64,000 bases of DNA from Minisyncoccota bacterium (GCA_041662525.1 JBAZSF010000001.1:105383-169382), one strand, 5' to 3'; positions 26,699 to 36,631 are shown, counted from the stretch's first letter. Notes: a model not told the origin generated them from the sequence alone. Numbers and translations are program-made.

Positions 26699-27889
26699 TC
26701 ATACAACGACTCCACCACCTAAGCAAATATCACCATCATAAATAACACAAGATTGGCCAGAAGCAACCAAAATCGGTTTTTTAAAAAACACTGTTGCCCT
26801 TCGACTACGTTCAGGGCCTTCGGCGACTTTGATTGTACAAGGTAGAAATTCTCCATGATAACGAATTTGCGCTGTGTAAGTTTTATTTGATTCTGGAATC
26901 TTGTTAATCCAATTTATATTTTCTAGATTTATTTTAGAATCAAATTCAACCCCCCTTAATCCCCCCTTATCAGGGGGAAGCTGGGACACATATAAAATAT
27001 TTTTCTTTATATTTTTACCAAATACATAATAAGCCCCATCCGTTGGCATTTTTTTTGTAATGGTAAAACCATGCCTTTCTCCTAGAGTATAAAAAACTAC
27101 TCCATCATGATAGCCGATTTCTTCCCCTTTTTCGTTTAACACTTTACCTTTTTTTTCTTTTATGTAATGTTTCAAAAATTCTTTTAAATCAACTGCTCCT
27201 AAAAAACAAATACCTTGGCTATCTTTTTTTTCTGAAACTGGAAGATTGAATTTTTTAGCAAATTTTCTAACTTCAGTTTTTTTAAAACCTCCAATAGGAA
27301 ATAAAATTTTCTTTAACTGTTCTTGTTTTAGTGTCCATAAAAAATAACTTTGGTCTTTTGTAGGATCATTACCTTTCATTAAAAAACTCAAAGCAGTGCT
27401 TTCTGCGACATTCGCAACCAAAGCTCGGTCAGTCATGTTCAAGATAGAGTGCGAGTCGCAAGAAAGTACCTGATTTGAGTTTTTTGCATAATGTCCTGTA
27501 GCCACAAAAATCTCCGCCGAAGGACGGACAAGCGCACCCAGCAAAAGAGCTTTTTTAAGAAAGGCTCCAAATTTCACCTCTTTATTGCACATCACATCTG
27601 GATTTGGTGTCCTTCCGAGCTTGTATTCTCGAATCATATAATCAGCCACTTCTTTTTTGTACACGTCCTCAAGATCAAAAGTAAGAAATGGGATGTCTAA
27701 AGATGCCGCTACACGCATCGCATCCATCCGTTCTTCTTCTTCATTACAAACTAGAAAATCCGGATGCCAAGTTTTAATAAAAACCCCCACGACTTCATAT
27801 CCTTGTTTTTTAAGCAAAGTAGCCGAAACAGCGCTATCTACACCACCAGACAAACCTACAAAAACTATTTTTTTCTTAATGTTAGTCAT
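26699..27889 (-). CDS. mnmA: tRNA-specific 2-thiouridylase MnmA (with in-frame GC-rich palindromic mini-insertion)
   Basis: PP-loop 'IVFVGLSGGVDSAVSA', 396 aa; insertion encodes 'PPDKGGLRG'. Confidence 0.88.
   Translation of the reverse strand: MTNIKKKIVFVGLSGGVDSAVSATLLKKQGYEVVGVFIKTWHPDFLVCNEEEERMDAMRVAASLDIPFLTFDLEDVYKKEVADYMIREYKLGRTPNPDVMCNKEVKFGAFLKKALLLGALVRPSAEIFVATGHYAKNSNQVLSCDSHSILNMTDRALVANVAESTALSFLMKGNDPTKDQSYFLWTLKQEQLKKILFPIGGFKKTEVRKFAKKFNLPVSEKKDSQGICFLGAVDLKEFLKHYIKEKKGKVLNEKGEEIGYHDGVVFYTLGERHGFTITKKMPTDGAYYVFGKNIKKNILYVSQLPPDKGGLRGVEFDSKINLENINWINKIPESNKTYTAQIRYHGEFLPCTIKVAEGPERSRRATVFFKKPILVASGQSCVIYDGDICLGGGVVV
26944..26980. repeat. C-run/G-run hairpin mini-element (attcaaccccccttaatccccccttatcagggggaag), copy 1, in-frame inside mnmA
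   Basis: Second copy at 45342-45379 (attcaacccccttcttttcccccttatcaggggggaat); ~60% GC in a ~33% GC genome. Confidence 0.8.
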
Positions 27890-27900
27890 AAGATTTTAAA

Positions 27901-28014
27901 CTATAGAATCAAAAAATTCTCTAAAAAGCCCGCATAATTTTCTGCTGAAAATTTGCTTAGACTTCGGCTCGTCAGCCTCCGTATGACTTTTTATAGAACA
28001 TTTTGATTCTATAG
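27901..28014. repeat. MITE-like intergenic element: perfect 14-bp terminal inverted repeats (ctatagaatcaaaa / ttttgattctatag) flanking a core (27933-27981) that recurs inverted at 44454-44506
   Basis: TIRs read directly. Core has 24-nt and 18-nt blocks matching the reverse complement of 44454-44506 (18/18 on cggctcgtcagcctccg). Confidence 0.7.
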
Positions 28015-28536
28015 TTGCATCAGCTTTTTGTAAAGCTCAAAAGTTGCACGCGCATCCGAGAGAGCACTATGAGGGTGCTTATTTTTTATACCAAAATGCA
28101 AACACAATTCACGTAAAGAAAAATGTTCAAAATCTTTATCTTGATGAAATCCTGCCCAAGCGATAGAGATAGTATCTAGTTTGTGATAATGCATAGTATT
28201 CGCAATTCCTGTTTTATTAAAAACATATTCTAAAAACCCAGCATCAAAAGCAACATTGTGGCCAACCATAATACAACTTTTTACTTTTTTAGAAAAAATT
28301 TCTATTGCTTCTTTTAAACTAATTGCATTTTCCCAATCTTGAATATTGAAATGATTCACTTTAATGGCAGCCGGATCAGCATTTTCAATATGTTCTGGCT
28401 TAATTTTTAATTCAAATTCTTCAATCACTTCTAAAGAAGGTGACGTGAGTACACAGCCGATCTCAATAATCTCATGCTTAAGCAAATTAAGACCAGTAGT
28501 TTCTATATCAATAAAAGCAAAATTGTGTTTTCTCAT
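28009..28536 (-). CDS. DnaQ-like DEDDh 3'-5' exonuclease (DNA polymerase III epsilon-like)
   Basis: Exo I 'FAFIDIETTGL', Exo II 'VGHNVAFDAGFL', Exo III 'HSALSDARATFELY'. Confidence 0.8.
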   Translation of the reverse strand: MRKHNFAFIDIETTGLNLLKHEIIEIGCVLTSPSLEVIEEFELKIKPEHIENADPAAIKVNHFNIQDWENAISLKEAIEIFSKKVKSCIMVGHNVAFDAGFLEYVFNKTGIANTMHYHKLDTISIAWAGFHQDKDFEHFSLRELCLHFGIKNKHPHSALSDARATFELYKKLMQL

Positions 28537-28541
28537 GATTT

Positions 28542-29420
28542 TTATTTCAGGTATTTTTTTATATTTTGCTTATGTTCAGAAAAAGTTTTTGCATAATATA
28601 TATTACCATCTTTATCATGAAGATAATAAAGATAAGGAGAATTTTGTGGATGAATAGCAGAAAGTATAGCTACAAGACCAGGGTTCCCGATTGGACTCTT
28701 TGGCAATCCTTTTATTTTATAGGTACTAGGAGCAGCATCTACTTGAAGTGGCATCCCTATTGATATTCTTTTCCATAAAATTCCAGAAATGACTTCTCTG
28801 TCTGTATCTCCTTTTGATTCTTTTTCAATAACTGAAGCCATTATAATGATATCTTTTTCAGATTTACCAGATGAAGCAATCTCAGGAAGGACAGGAAGAA
28901 TTTTTTTCTCAAAATTATTACTCATGGATTTTATTACATCTGTTTCATTTGCATTAGTAAAGAAAAAATAAGTATCTGGAAAAAGATATCCCTCTAAGTC
29001 TTTGGCTTTAATCATAAATTCAGTCTTATTAAAATTTTCCAATTTTGAAACAGCAACATCTGCAATTTGATTAATATCAAAACCTTCTGGAATCGTTATC
29101 ACTACAGGCGCAATATTATGCTCGCCTCCAGTAATACGTCTAGCAATTTCAAAAACAGGTAATTTTTTTTCAAATAAATAATTATTAGATATAATATGCT
29201 TTTCTCCCCCATAGATCATCACAAAAGTTTCAAATATCTGTCTTGAATAAATTACATGCTTCTGTTTTAGTTGCAAGGATACTGTTCGTAAATTCATCCC
29301 AGTTTCTATTTTTATAGTGCTATTAACTGGAAAATCGAATGGCGCGCTTAAAAATAATAAGTAAAAAAATATTAAAAATATAATAACACTTAATATATAA
29401 AAAATATTTTTGTTCTGCAT
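28542..29420 (-). CDS. mltG: Endolytic murein transglycosylase MltG/YceG-like
   Basis: N-terminal TM, C-terminal 'YLYYLHDKDGNIYYAKTFSEHKQNIKKY' YceG signature. Confidence 0.75.
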   Translation of the reverse strand: MQNKNIFYILSVIIFLIFFYLLFLSAPFDFPVNSTIKIETGMNLRTVSLQLKQKHVIYSRQIFETFVMIYGGEKHIISNNYLFEKKLPVFEIARRITGGEHNIAPVVITIPEGFDINQIADVAVSKLENFNKTEFMIKAKDLEGYLFPDTYFFFTNANETDVIKSMSNNFEKKILPVLPEIASSGKSEKDIIIMASVIEKESKGDTDREVISGILWKRISIGMPLQVDAAPSTYKIKGLPKSPIGNPGLVAILSAIHPQNSPYLYYLHDKDGNIYYAKTFSEHKQNIKKYLK

Positions 29421-29429
29421 CGTTTATGT

Positions 29430-30773
29430 TTATATTGGCAAGTTTGTAGGAGGAGAAGCTTCTTTGGATTCAATACGTTCAAGCGTAGGAACTTTCAAGA
29501 TCTGACCTGGGAAGTGCCAAATAGTCGCAAGCTCTTCAACATTTAAAACATAAGTAAAATGATGAGCATATGCGTTTATAATGCCATCAAAAGGAAATTT
29601 CCAAAGATGCTTGGAAAAAAGATGATGGCGAAGAGGTAAATGAAAGAAAGCTCTTTCTTGATACTCATGCAACATTCTATTCGCCAGCATCATTACTGTT
29701 TCTGTAGATGCGGAAAAAATACCACTATAAAAATCTGCCTGAGCTGAATTCGTACGGTAAAATTCATTACAGTCCGGCTTTGCATACTGACGAAACAAAA
29801 GACGCATGTTTCTTCTATTGCTTAGGTTATAAACTTCTTTTTTTGCTATATACATTATTCGAACACCAGTTTCAAAACCTACCTTTGAAGTCTTGGCAGA
29901 TATTGCTGTAATTATATTTTTATAAACATCAGGGGTACGAATTTCTATACGTGCTCCATCATCTTTTACGGCAGTAAAAGGCTTTAATATTTTGAATATT
30001 TCTTTTTTAGACTCTTCTACCCAACTATGTGGAACATCGTCAGTACTTGGTTTTGGCGTAATAACAATCTGAATCCAGGCCTGCTCCCCTTTCTTGAGCG
30101 AGCCAAAAAATTCCACCACCGGAGAGATGGGATCAACTTTAAATTCTTCTTTCGGGTCTTTGTCCAAGCCGAAATCAACGTATGTTTTAATAGGATAAGC
30201 CTGATGTTTTGTCAGTTTAAATTCACACCCCCAGCCATTCCAAGCACTTTTAGGACTAATCTCATCCACTCCTAAAGTATAGTCTTCAACCACTTTTACT
30301 TGAGCCTGAGGATATTGTGCGTACATTTGAGTCTCAATGAGATCTCTGATACGAGTAGGCGTCCTAATATAAAAATGCACTTGTCCTTCGAGAGAGACAA
30401 TCTCCAATGAAAACCAAAGCCAAACGGCTCCTTGCCACCACTCTTCCTTGCCACCTTTTATACTCCAGTGATAAAGAGCATTGGTAAAAAATAGCTCCAT
30501 CGCTTTTGGACTTCGCAACACTTCGCGCGGAGGCACTATTTCAAGCAAGACGTAATCTATGCCGGAGATAAAATCCTGCTGTACATAGTGAAGCCAAAGT
30601 TTCCAAGCAAGCCACCCTAAAAATATTGTTCCAGCTAAAGCCAAAACTCCTATTACAAGATTATATTTCCACACAAAATAACCTAGAATTATAACTACAA
30701 TCCCAATCCAAGATTCTTTTATAAAATTAAAAAATTTTTCCTCAATGCTAGGTTCTGCTTTTACTTCCGCCAT
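29430..30773 (-). CDS. Hypothetical membrane protein (2 N-terminal TM helices plus large soluble domain)
   Basis: 447 aa, no recognisable motif. Confidence 0.4.
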   Translation of the reverse strand: MAEVKAEPSIEEKFFNFIKESWIGIVVIILGYFVWKYNLVIGVLALAGTIFLGWLAWKLWLHYVQQDFISGIDYVLLEIVPPREVLRSPKAMELFFTNALYHWSIKGGKEEWWQGAVWLWFSLEIVSLEGQVHFYIRTPTRIRDLIETQMYAQYPQAQVKVVEDYTLGVDEISPKSAWNGWGCEFKLTKHQAYPIKTYVDFGLDKDPKEEFKVDPISPVVEFFGSLKKGEQAWIQIVITPKPSTDDVPHSWVEESKKEIFKILKPFTAVKDDGARIEIRTPDVYKNIITAISAKTSKVGFETGVRIMYIAKKEVYNLSNRRNMRLLFRQYAKPDCNEFYRTNSAQADFYSGIFSASTETVMMLANRMLHEYQERAFFHLPLRHHLFSKHLWKFPFDGIINAYAHHFTYVLNVEELATIWHFPGQILKVPTLERIESKEASPPTNLPI

Positions 30774-30791
30774 CCATATATTTTAATATGT

Positions 30792-31823
30792 TTACGCTAT
30801 AGAGTAAAGCCCTTTTTTGTCCTTCTTAAAATATTTTGAATTAGCAAGATTTACCAAAATAGTATTTTTTTTGAAGTATCTTTCTTTCATAACTCTTTTG
30901 ATTATTTCATCCTTTGACAATGGCTCTCCTTCTTTTTTAAGAATGTCCTGTATTACTTCACGAGCAATACCTGCCTTATATCCCCATTCAGCAAGAGCAT
31001 ATATTCCCCTGCCAACTAAAATGAATCGGGAATCTTTGATGAGTTCGTTGTGACAAGTGGCGTAATGTATTTTCTTACCAAAAGTTTTAGAAATAGAATC
31101 TGCCACTTCTTTAAAATGCATTGGGGAACCATGGCGTCTCATCACTAGAAAAGCATAATCTTTCACTCCACGAGTGCGAATGTTTGGCGAAGAAGCCTTA
31201 CCCCATTCTCCTAATTCATTTTTTGAAATAGTTTTAGAAATAGAAAGCCATCTTTTTGCCATCTCTGTATCTCTATATTTCTCGGAAACATCTTTCATTT
31301 GGTCAAAAAATCTCTTAATCATTTCTGTTTCTGGGATAAGATCTTCATCCTTTAAACTTATATAAAGTTTTCGAAGAGCTTCGTGAACTTTTTCAGCCAT
31401 ATCATCATCTACACTATAACGAGTATGAAAATGTTCATCTTCACGATGTTTTTTAAAAACATCAGCTAGTACTAAGAAAAAATTAACATGATTTTGAGTA
31501 TTTTTATCTTTAGAAATATAAGGCAAAAATTCATGTTCAGCAACAATAGATCCTAGATTGTGCACTATTTGTTTTAATTCATCAAAAACAGCCTGCTCAT
31601 TTTTGTAGGCATCAGACTTTTTAATAAGATTAATAGCTGCCTCTTCAACTTGACGAACACGTTCTCTTGTAATTTTATATTTTTTCCCAATCTCTTCGAG
31701 AGTCTTTTTCTTTCCATCAGCAGTTAGACCAAAACGGTTCATTACGACGTCTAGAGTACGACTAGGTAAATGCGATGTTATTCTTTTAGTTATTTTTTGA
31801 GGTTTAAAAGTTATTGTTGCCAT
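30792..31823 (-). CDS. DNA-binding protein with N-terminal sigma-70 region-4-like HTH and C-terminal HARE-HTH-like domain
   Basis: 'TLEEIGKKYKITRERVRQVEEAAINLI' (sigma r4 pattern) and 'MRRHGSPMHFKEVADSI...HNELIKDSRFILVGRGIYALAEWGY' (HARE-HTH pattern). Confidence 0.45.
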   Translation of the reverse strand: MATITFKPQKITKRITSHLPSRTLDVVMNRFGLTADGKKKTLEEIGKKYKITRERVRQVEEAAINLIKKSDAYKNEQAVFDELKQIVHNLGSIVAEHEFLPYISKDKNTQNHVNFFLVLADVFKKHREDEHFHTRYSVDDDMAEKVHEALRKLYISLKDEDLIPETEMIKRFFDQMKDVSEKYRDTEMAKRWLSISKTISKNELGEWGKASSPNIRTRGVKDYAFLVMRRHGSPMHFKEVADSISKTFGKKIHYATCHNELIKDSRFILVGRGIYALAEWGYKAGIAREVIQDILKKEGEPLSKDEIIKRVMKERYFKKNTILVNLANSKYFKKDKKGLYSIA

Positions 31824-31866
31824 ATTATTTTCTTACCCCGTAGTGAGCCTTGCTCTACTACTGGGA

Positions 31867-33711
31867 TTATCTCTTTGATTTAGCTCTCTCTATTTCAGTT
31901 AAATATCTTTTGCGAAGTCTAACAGATTTTGGTGTAATTTCTAAATATTCATCTCCATTCATAACCTCCAATCCTCGTTCAATACTTAAAATAAAAGTAG
32001 GATTCAAAGTTATGGCTTCATCAGTACCAGAAGCTCGCATGTTAGTAAGTTGTTTGCCTTTTGTAGGATTAACAGACATGTCTTCTCCTTTCAAAACATT
32101 ACCAACAACCATACCTTCATACACATCTGTACCGTGACCTATATACAGTATACCACGTTCTTGTAAGTTTGCAAGAGAAAAAGCGACTGCTTTACCAGAA
32201 ACCATTGAAGACATAGAACCATATTCCCTCTTTTTTATTTCTCCAGCGTATTCTCTAAAACCAGTAACCCTTGAACTCATTATGCCTTCTCCTTTAGTGT
32301 CTATAATAAATTCACTGCGATACCCTAAAAGTCCGCGTGTTGGTATATCAAAAATAATCCTAGCAATACCTTCCTTTTCCACCATATCTTTCATAATGCC
32401 ACGTCTTTTACCAATTTTTTCAATGACACTTCCAGAAAATTCCATTGGAACATCGATGACTAACTCTTCATATGGTTCTGTCTTCACTCCATCGTGCTCT
32501 TTTATAATAACTTCTGGCTGAGAAACTTGCATTTCAAAACCTTCTCTTCTCATATTTTCAAGCAGTATCGCAATATGAAGTTCTCCTCGGCCATATACTT
32601 TAAAAAATGAAGGACCTGATTTATCTTCTTGAACTGGGGAAAAATCAACTTTTAATCCAACGTTTATCTCTAATTCTTTTTCCAATCTTTCTTTGATTTG
32701 TCTGGAGGTAACAAACTTGCCTTCAAGGCCAGCAAAAGGAGAATCATTTACTAAAAAATTAAGCGAAAGAGTCGGCTCATCAATAGCAATGTGTGGCAAT
32801 ATCTCTACGCTCTCGTCTTCGCAAATTGTTTCTCCGATATAAATATCTGGAATTCCAGCCAAAAGAACGATATCCCCCGAAGAGGCAGAATCTGTTTCTT
32901 TTCTGTTTATGCCTTCAAATATAAAAAGCTTTGTAATTTTTCCTTTTCTTGTACCACTCTCGCCTTTTATAAAAACCTGACTACCAGATGTTATTTTTCC
33001 AGAATAAATCCTAGCCACTGCCATTCTGCCTAGAAAATTATCATAACCCAAATTAAAAACTTGCGAGGACATTTTTCCTTCCTCATTAATAGAAGCAGGT
33101 GGAACTTTTTCTAATATTAAATCCAATAAAGGTGAAAGGCCTGCACTGAGCGAAGTCGAAGTGTCTGTAGACTCATCACCTAAATTTTTAAATGCTTTTC
33201 CTTGTCGCCCAATTGCATAGATTGTTTCAAAATTTGCTTGCTCTTCATTTGCGCCTAATTCAAAAAATAATTCCAAAATTTCTTCATGTACTCTATGCGG
33301 ATCAGCTGCCGGCTTATCAATTTTATTAATGACCACTATTGGTTTAAGACCTAATTCTAAAGATTTTTTCAAAACAAATCTAGTTTGTGGCATTGGCCCT
33401 TCTACCGCATCCACCAATAAAAGCACAGAATCTATGGCACGCAAAACACGCTCTACTTCAGAACCGAAATCCGCATGGCCAGGAGTATCCACGATATTTA
33501 TCTTCGTTGCGGGACGTCCTGAGTCTTTCGAAGGATAGTAAATAGAAGTATTTTTAGAATAAATAGTAATACCACGTTCTTTTTCTAGATCGTTTGAATC
33601 CATGGAAAGTCCTTCATCTTGAAGACCACCATTTTGCTTCATTAATGCATCAGTCAAGGTTGTCTTGCCATGATCCACGTGAGCTATTATTGCTATATTT
33701 CTAATTTCCAT
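31867..33711 (-). CDS. typA: Translational GTPase TypA/BipA
   Basis: 'IRNIAIIAHVDHGKTTLTDALM', 'DTPGHADF', 614 aa with BipA-specific C-terminal domain. Confidence 0.9.
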   Translation of the reverse strand: MEIRNIAIIAHVDHGKTTLTDALMKQNGGLQDEGLSMDSNDLEKERGITIYSKNTSIYYPSKDSGRPATKINIVDTPGHADFGSEVERVLRAIDSVLLLVDAVEGPMPQTRFVLKKSLELGLKPIVVINKIDKPAADPHRVHEEILELFFELGANEEQANFETIYAIGRQGKAFKNLGDESTDTSTSLSAGLSPLLDLILEKVPPASINEEGKMSSQVFNLGYDNFLGRMAVARIYSGKITSGSQVFIKGESGTRKGKITKLFIFEGINRKETDSASSGDIVLLAGIPDIYIGETICEDESVEILPHIAIDEPTLSLNFLVNDSPFAGLEGKFVTSRQIKERLEKELEINVGLKVDFSPVQEDKSGPSFFKVYGRGELHIAILLENMRREGFEMQVSQPEVIIKEHDGVKTEPYEELVIDVPMEFSGSVIEKIGKRRGIMKDMVEKEGIARIIFDIPTRGLLGYRSEFIIDTKGEGIMSSRVTGFREYAGEIKKREYGSMSSMVSGKAVAFSLANLQERGILYIGHGTDVYEGMVVGNVLKGEDMSVNPTKGKQLTNMRASGTDEAITLNPTFILSIERGLEVMNGDEYLEITPKSVRLRKRYLTEIERAKSKR

Positions 33712-33744
33712 ATTTTTTTATTTTTATTTTTGTATTAACGAAAC

Positions 33745-33766
33745 AAAAAAGCCCTAGGGCTTTTTT
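33745..33766. terminator. Rho-independent terminator (hairpin gccc-ta-gggc between A6 and T6 runs)
   Basis: aaaaaagccctagggctttttt. Confidence 0.55.
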
Positions 33767-33841
33767 GTAATCCATTTTATAATAACATAGTTTTTAAAAA
33801 ACAACAAGTTTAAAGAATTAGATTGGTTATTTTTTAATTTT

Positions 33842-34267
33842 TTAAATATTAATATTTTTTGTAACTATTTTTACTGTTTTAGCAGTTAGAATATTTGTTG
33901 TTTTATCTAAATTCCCAACGACAATTACTTTTTCCCCAACCAAAAGATCGGTGGCTAAAGATGAAATTCCATCTTTTTTATATGCAGTTAATGTATTTGT
34001 TACAATATCTACTGAGGAGGTTACTTTAGTTCTTGAATTTTTTATATTTACTGTAAAACCCGTATTAGTTAAAGCATAAACAATTCCCACTACTGTATTA
34101 TTTTGTTTTTTAGGTTCCTTTTTTCTTTTATCTTTATTTTGTTTTTGGTAAGTTGAATGTACATTTTTAATCCCTAAATCTTGTGGTGTTGAAGCAAAAA
34201 TACTAGAACCAGACACTAATAATGATATAGTTAACGCCCCAGTTGCTATATGTTTTTTGTATTTCAT
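33842..34267 (-). CDS. Hypothetical secreted beta-rich protein
   Basis: Signal peptide 'ALTISLLVSGSSIFAS', Lys-rich linker, Thr/Val-rich strands. Confidence 0.4.
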   Translation of the reverse strand: MKYKKHIATGALTISLLVSGSSIFASTPQDLGIKNVHSTYQKQNKDKRKKEPKKQNNTVVGIVYALTNTGFTVNIKNSRTKVTSSVDIVTNTLTAYKKDGISSLATDLLVGEKVIVVGNLDKTTNILTAKTVKIVTKNINI

Positions 34268-34296
34268 ACTAATAATAATATAAATACTAGATGAAT

Positions 34297-35376
34297 TTAT
34301 TGTGAAGAAATAGGTAAACCTGTCTGCGCAGGCAGAGAAATTATCACATTTGTGCCTTTATTTTCTTGACTTTTTATAGAAATCGAACCTCCATGATTTT
34401 CAATAATCTTTTTTGACAAAGTAAGTCCCAACCCTGCACCACTTGTGCTTCGAGACACATCCCCTCGGAAAAAAGGATCGAATATTTTGTTTAAAACATC
34501 TTTTTGAATACCAATACCATTATCACTAATAGTCAATACATAATTATTCAAAATAATTTTATCTGATATTATTATCGTTCCATCTGGTGGAGTATACTTT
34601 ATAGCATTATCTAAAATATTAAAAAATACACGACTTAATTCTATTTGATTACCTTGTATGATTACTGAAATTTCCCTCGGCTGTAGCTCATCTGTGGGTG
34701 AAGCTAATTTTGTTTCAATGTTTATATTTTTTACATTAGCTAAATTTCTATTTTTTTCTACAATAGATTTTACTAACTCATTGATATGTACGGGCTGATA
34801 TCCTATTTGTATCGATGTTGTATCGTATTTTGATAGATCAAGTAAACTATTGCTAAGTTTTGAAAATTCTATCATCTCATCCAATGTATTTTCTAATGTT
34901 TTTTTAGCTCCAAGAAGATCCAATTTTTTATTATTAAGACTAACCTCGAGACCAGAAATAATTACTGCGATAGGAGTACGAAGCTCATGAGACGCATCAG
35001 CGATAAATCTTTTTTGTTTTTGCATGTTAGATTTGATCGGTTCCAATGTTTTATAAGTAAGTAAAAATCCTAAAATAATCACAAAAAATATTATGATGGC
35101 ATCTATCATCAAAAAACGACTGAGTAATATATCCTGGGTTCTGCTGATAATTAATTGAGAAATTTGTGGATCAAGTATCCTTTCTTCTAAGATTGACTGT
35201 GAAAAATTTGAAAGAATTACATTATAAAGTACGATACTAGAACTACCTAAAATCACTATTGCTGTGATTGAATAATAAAAAGTAAGTCTAAGTCGGGCTG
35301 CAAAAAATCCATCATTTTTGCGATTAGCCTTCCATTTTATAACCAACTCCTCTAATTGTTCGTATGATTTTTCCAT
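34297..35376 (-). CDS. Sensor histidine kinase (HisKA + HATPase_c)
   Basis: H-box 'FIADASHELRTPIAV', N/G boxes 'DNAIKYTPPDG', 'DNGIGI', 'GLGL'; 2 TM. Confidence 0.85.
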   Translation of the reverse strand: MEKSYEQLEELVIKWKANRKNDGFFAARLRLTFYYSITAIVILGSSSIVLYNVILSNFSQSILEERILDPQISQLIISRTQDILLSRFLMIDAIIIFFVIILGFLLTYKTLEPIKSNMQKQKRFIADASHELRTPIAVIISGLEVSLNNKKLDLLGAKKTLENTLDEMIEFSKLSNSLLDLSKYDTTSIQIGYQPVHINELVKSIVEKNRNLANVKNINIETKLASPTDELQPREISVIIQGNQIELSRVFFNILDNAIKYTPPDGTIIISDKIILNNYVLTISDNGIGIQKDVLNKIFDPFFRGDVSRSTSGAGLGLTLSKKIIENHGGSISIKSQENKGTNVIISLPAQTGLPISSQ

Positions 35377-35992
35377 TATCTTTAATTTTTTTTCTTAAAT
35401 TTTTTATATGCACATCGACAGTATTACTAAAAGAAGAATCTGCAAAATCCCAGGCATGAGAGTAAAGTTCATCTCGAGTAATTACTTTATTTTTATTACG
35501 TATTAGATACTCGAGCACCATGAATTCTTTGAGCGTAAGAGAAATAATTTTATTTTTATAAGTGACTATTCTACTTGTTGTGTTAATGCTGAGATCTCCT
35601 AAAATAAGTATATCAGGAAAAGATTGTTTTGGACGCCGAAGCAGAGCATGGATACGGGCAAGGAGTTCTTTAAAAGCAAAAGGTTTTGATAGATAGTCAT
35701 CTGCCCCAGCATCAAGACCAGTAACTTTATCATCAATAGTATCAAGAGCGGTAAGCATTAACACAGGGATTACAATACCATTTTCTCGCCAATTATTACA
35801 AATTAAAACTCCGTCTTTCCCAGGAAGCATTCTATCTAGAACCACAAGATCATATTCATCACGATTAAACAATATACGATTTTCTGCAACCAAGCCATCT
35901 CCTATCACATCAACAACATAACCCTCTTGAGTAAGGCCCTGTTTCAAATTTTCAGCTAATTTTTTATTATCTTCAACGACTAATATCTTCAT
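35324..35992 (-). CDS. OmpR-family response regulator
   Basis: Receiver 'MKILVVEDNKKLAE...DLVVLDRMLPGKDG', winged-helix C-terminus 'IRTIRGVGYK'. Confidence 0.88.
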   Translation of the reverse strand: MKILVVEDNKKLAENLKQGLTQEGYVVDVIGDGLVAENRILFNRDEYDLVVLDRMLPGKDGVLICNNWRENGIVIPVLMLTALDTIDDKVTGLDAGADDYLSKPFAFKELLARIHALLRRPKQSFPDILILGDLSINTTSRIVTYKNKIISLTLKEFMVLEYLIRNKNKVITRDELYSHAWDFADSSFSNTVDVHIKNLRKKIKDNGKIIRTIRGVGYKMEG

Positions 35993-36079
35993 ATATCTCT
36001 ATGATAACACTTTAAAAGTGAAATCTTCATGAAGCATTCCCCTATCCCAGAAATAAAATTTTACTCTTTACTTTAGACA

Positions 36080-36454
36080 TTATGAAAGATATAGCTTACT
36101 GTCTTTACTCAAAAGACGATGTGTTTCATTTATTAAATCTTTAAATTCACTTTCCTCGTTTTCCTTCAGAGAATTAATCTCTTTCACAATTTGATTGAGC
36201 CGAGACATTTTTTGAGGATAAGTTTTAAATTCAGTTTGTTTTTGTTTATAATCATCTTTAACTTTAGTGTTTGGATTATTTAAATATTCTTCAGTTGTTA
36301 TTATTGGATTATGTTTTAAATCCCTTAATACTTCATTGAAATTAATACCATTTTTAAAAGTTAAAGCAAAACCAATAAATTCATTAAAATAATCCTCAAA
36401 CTTAAAATCATCTGGCACTGAATATATATCTTCTTTTGGAGCTTTTTCGTTCAT
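36080..36454 (-). CDS. Hypothetical protein
   Basis: 124 aa ORF with coherent coding signal, no motif. Confidence 0.35.
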   Translation of the reverse strand: MNEKAPKEDIYSVPDDFKFEDYFNEFIGFALTFKNGINFNEVLRDLKHNPIITTEEYLNNPNTKVKDDYKQKQTEFKTYPQKMSRLNQIVKEINSLKENEESEFKDLINETHRLLSKDSKLYLS

Positions 36455-36525
36455 GTTTTGTATTATAACAGTTCCAACGTCTACTACACCAGCAAGAATA
36501 AATCTTTTAAATTAAGGCTCTAAAA

Positions 36526-36546
36526 TTTGTGCGCCGGGAAGGAATT
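36526..36546 (-). repeat. Duplicated tRNA-Tyr 3'-end fragment (ttgtgcgccgggaagga), same orientation as the tRNA
   Basis: 17/17 match to the tRNA-Tyr acceptor/T-arm 3' end at 36701-36730. Confidence 0.7.
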
Positions 36547-36631
36547 TCTCCCTCGACTAAATTTTTGCCGTCGCAAAAATTTGTCTGGGCACCGACTCAT
36601 AAAATTTTCTACTAAAAATTTATATTCCGTC

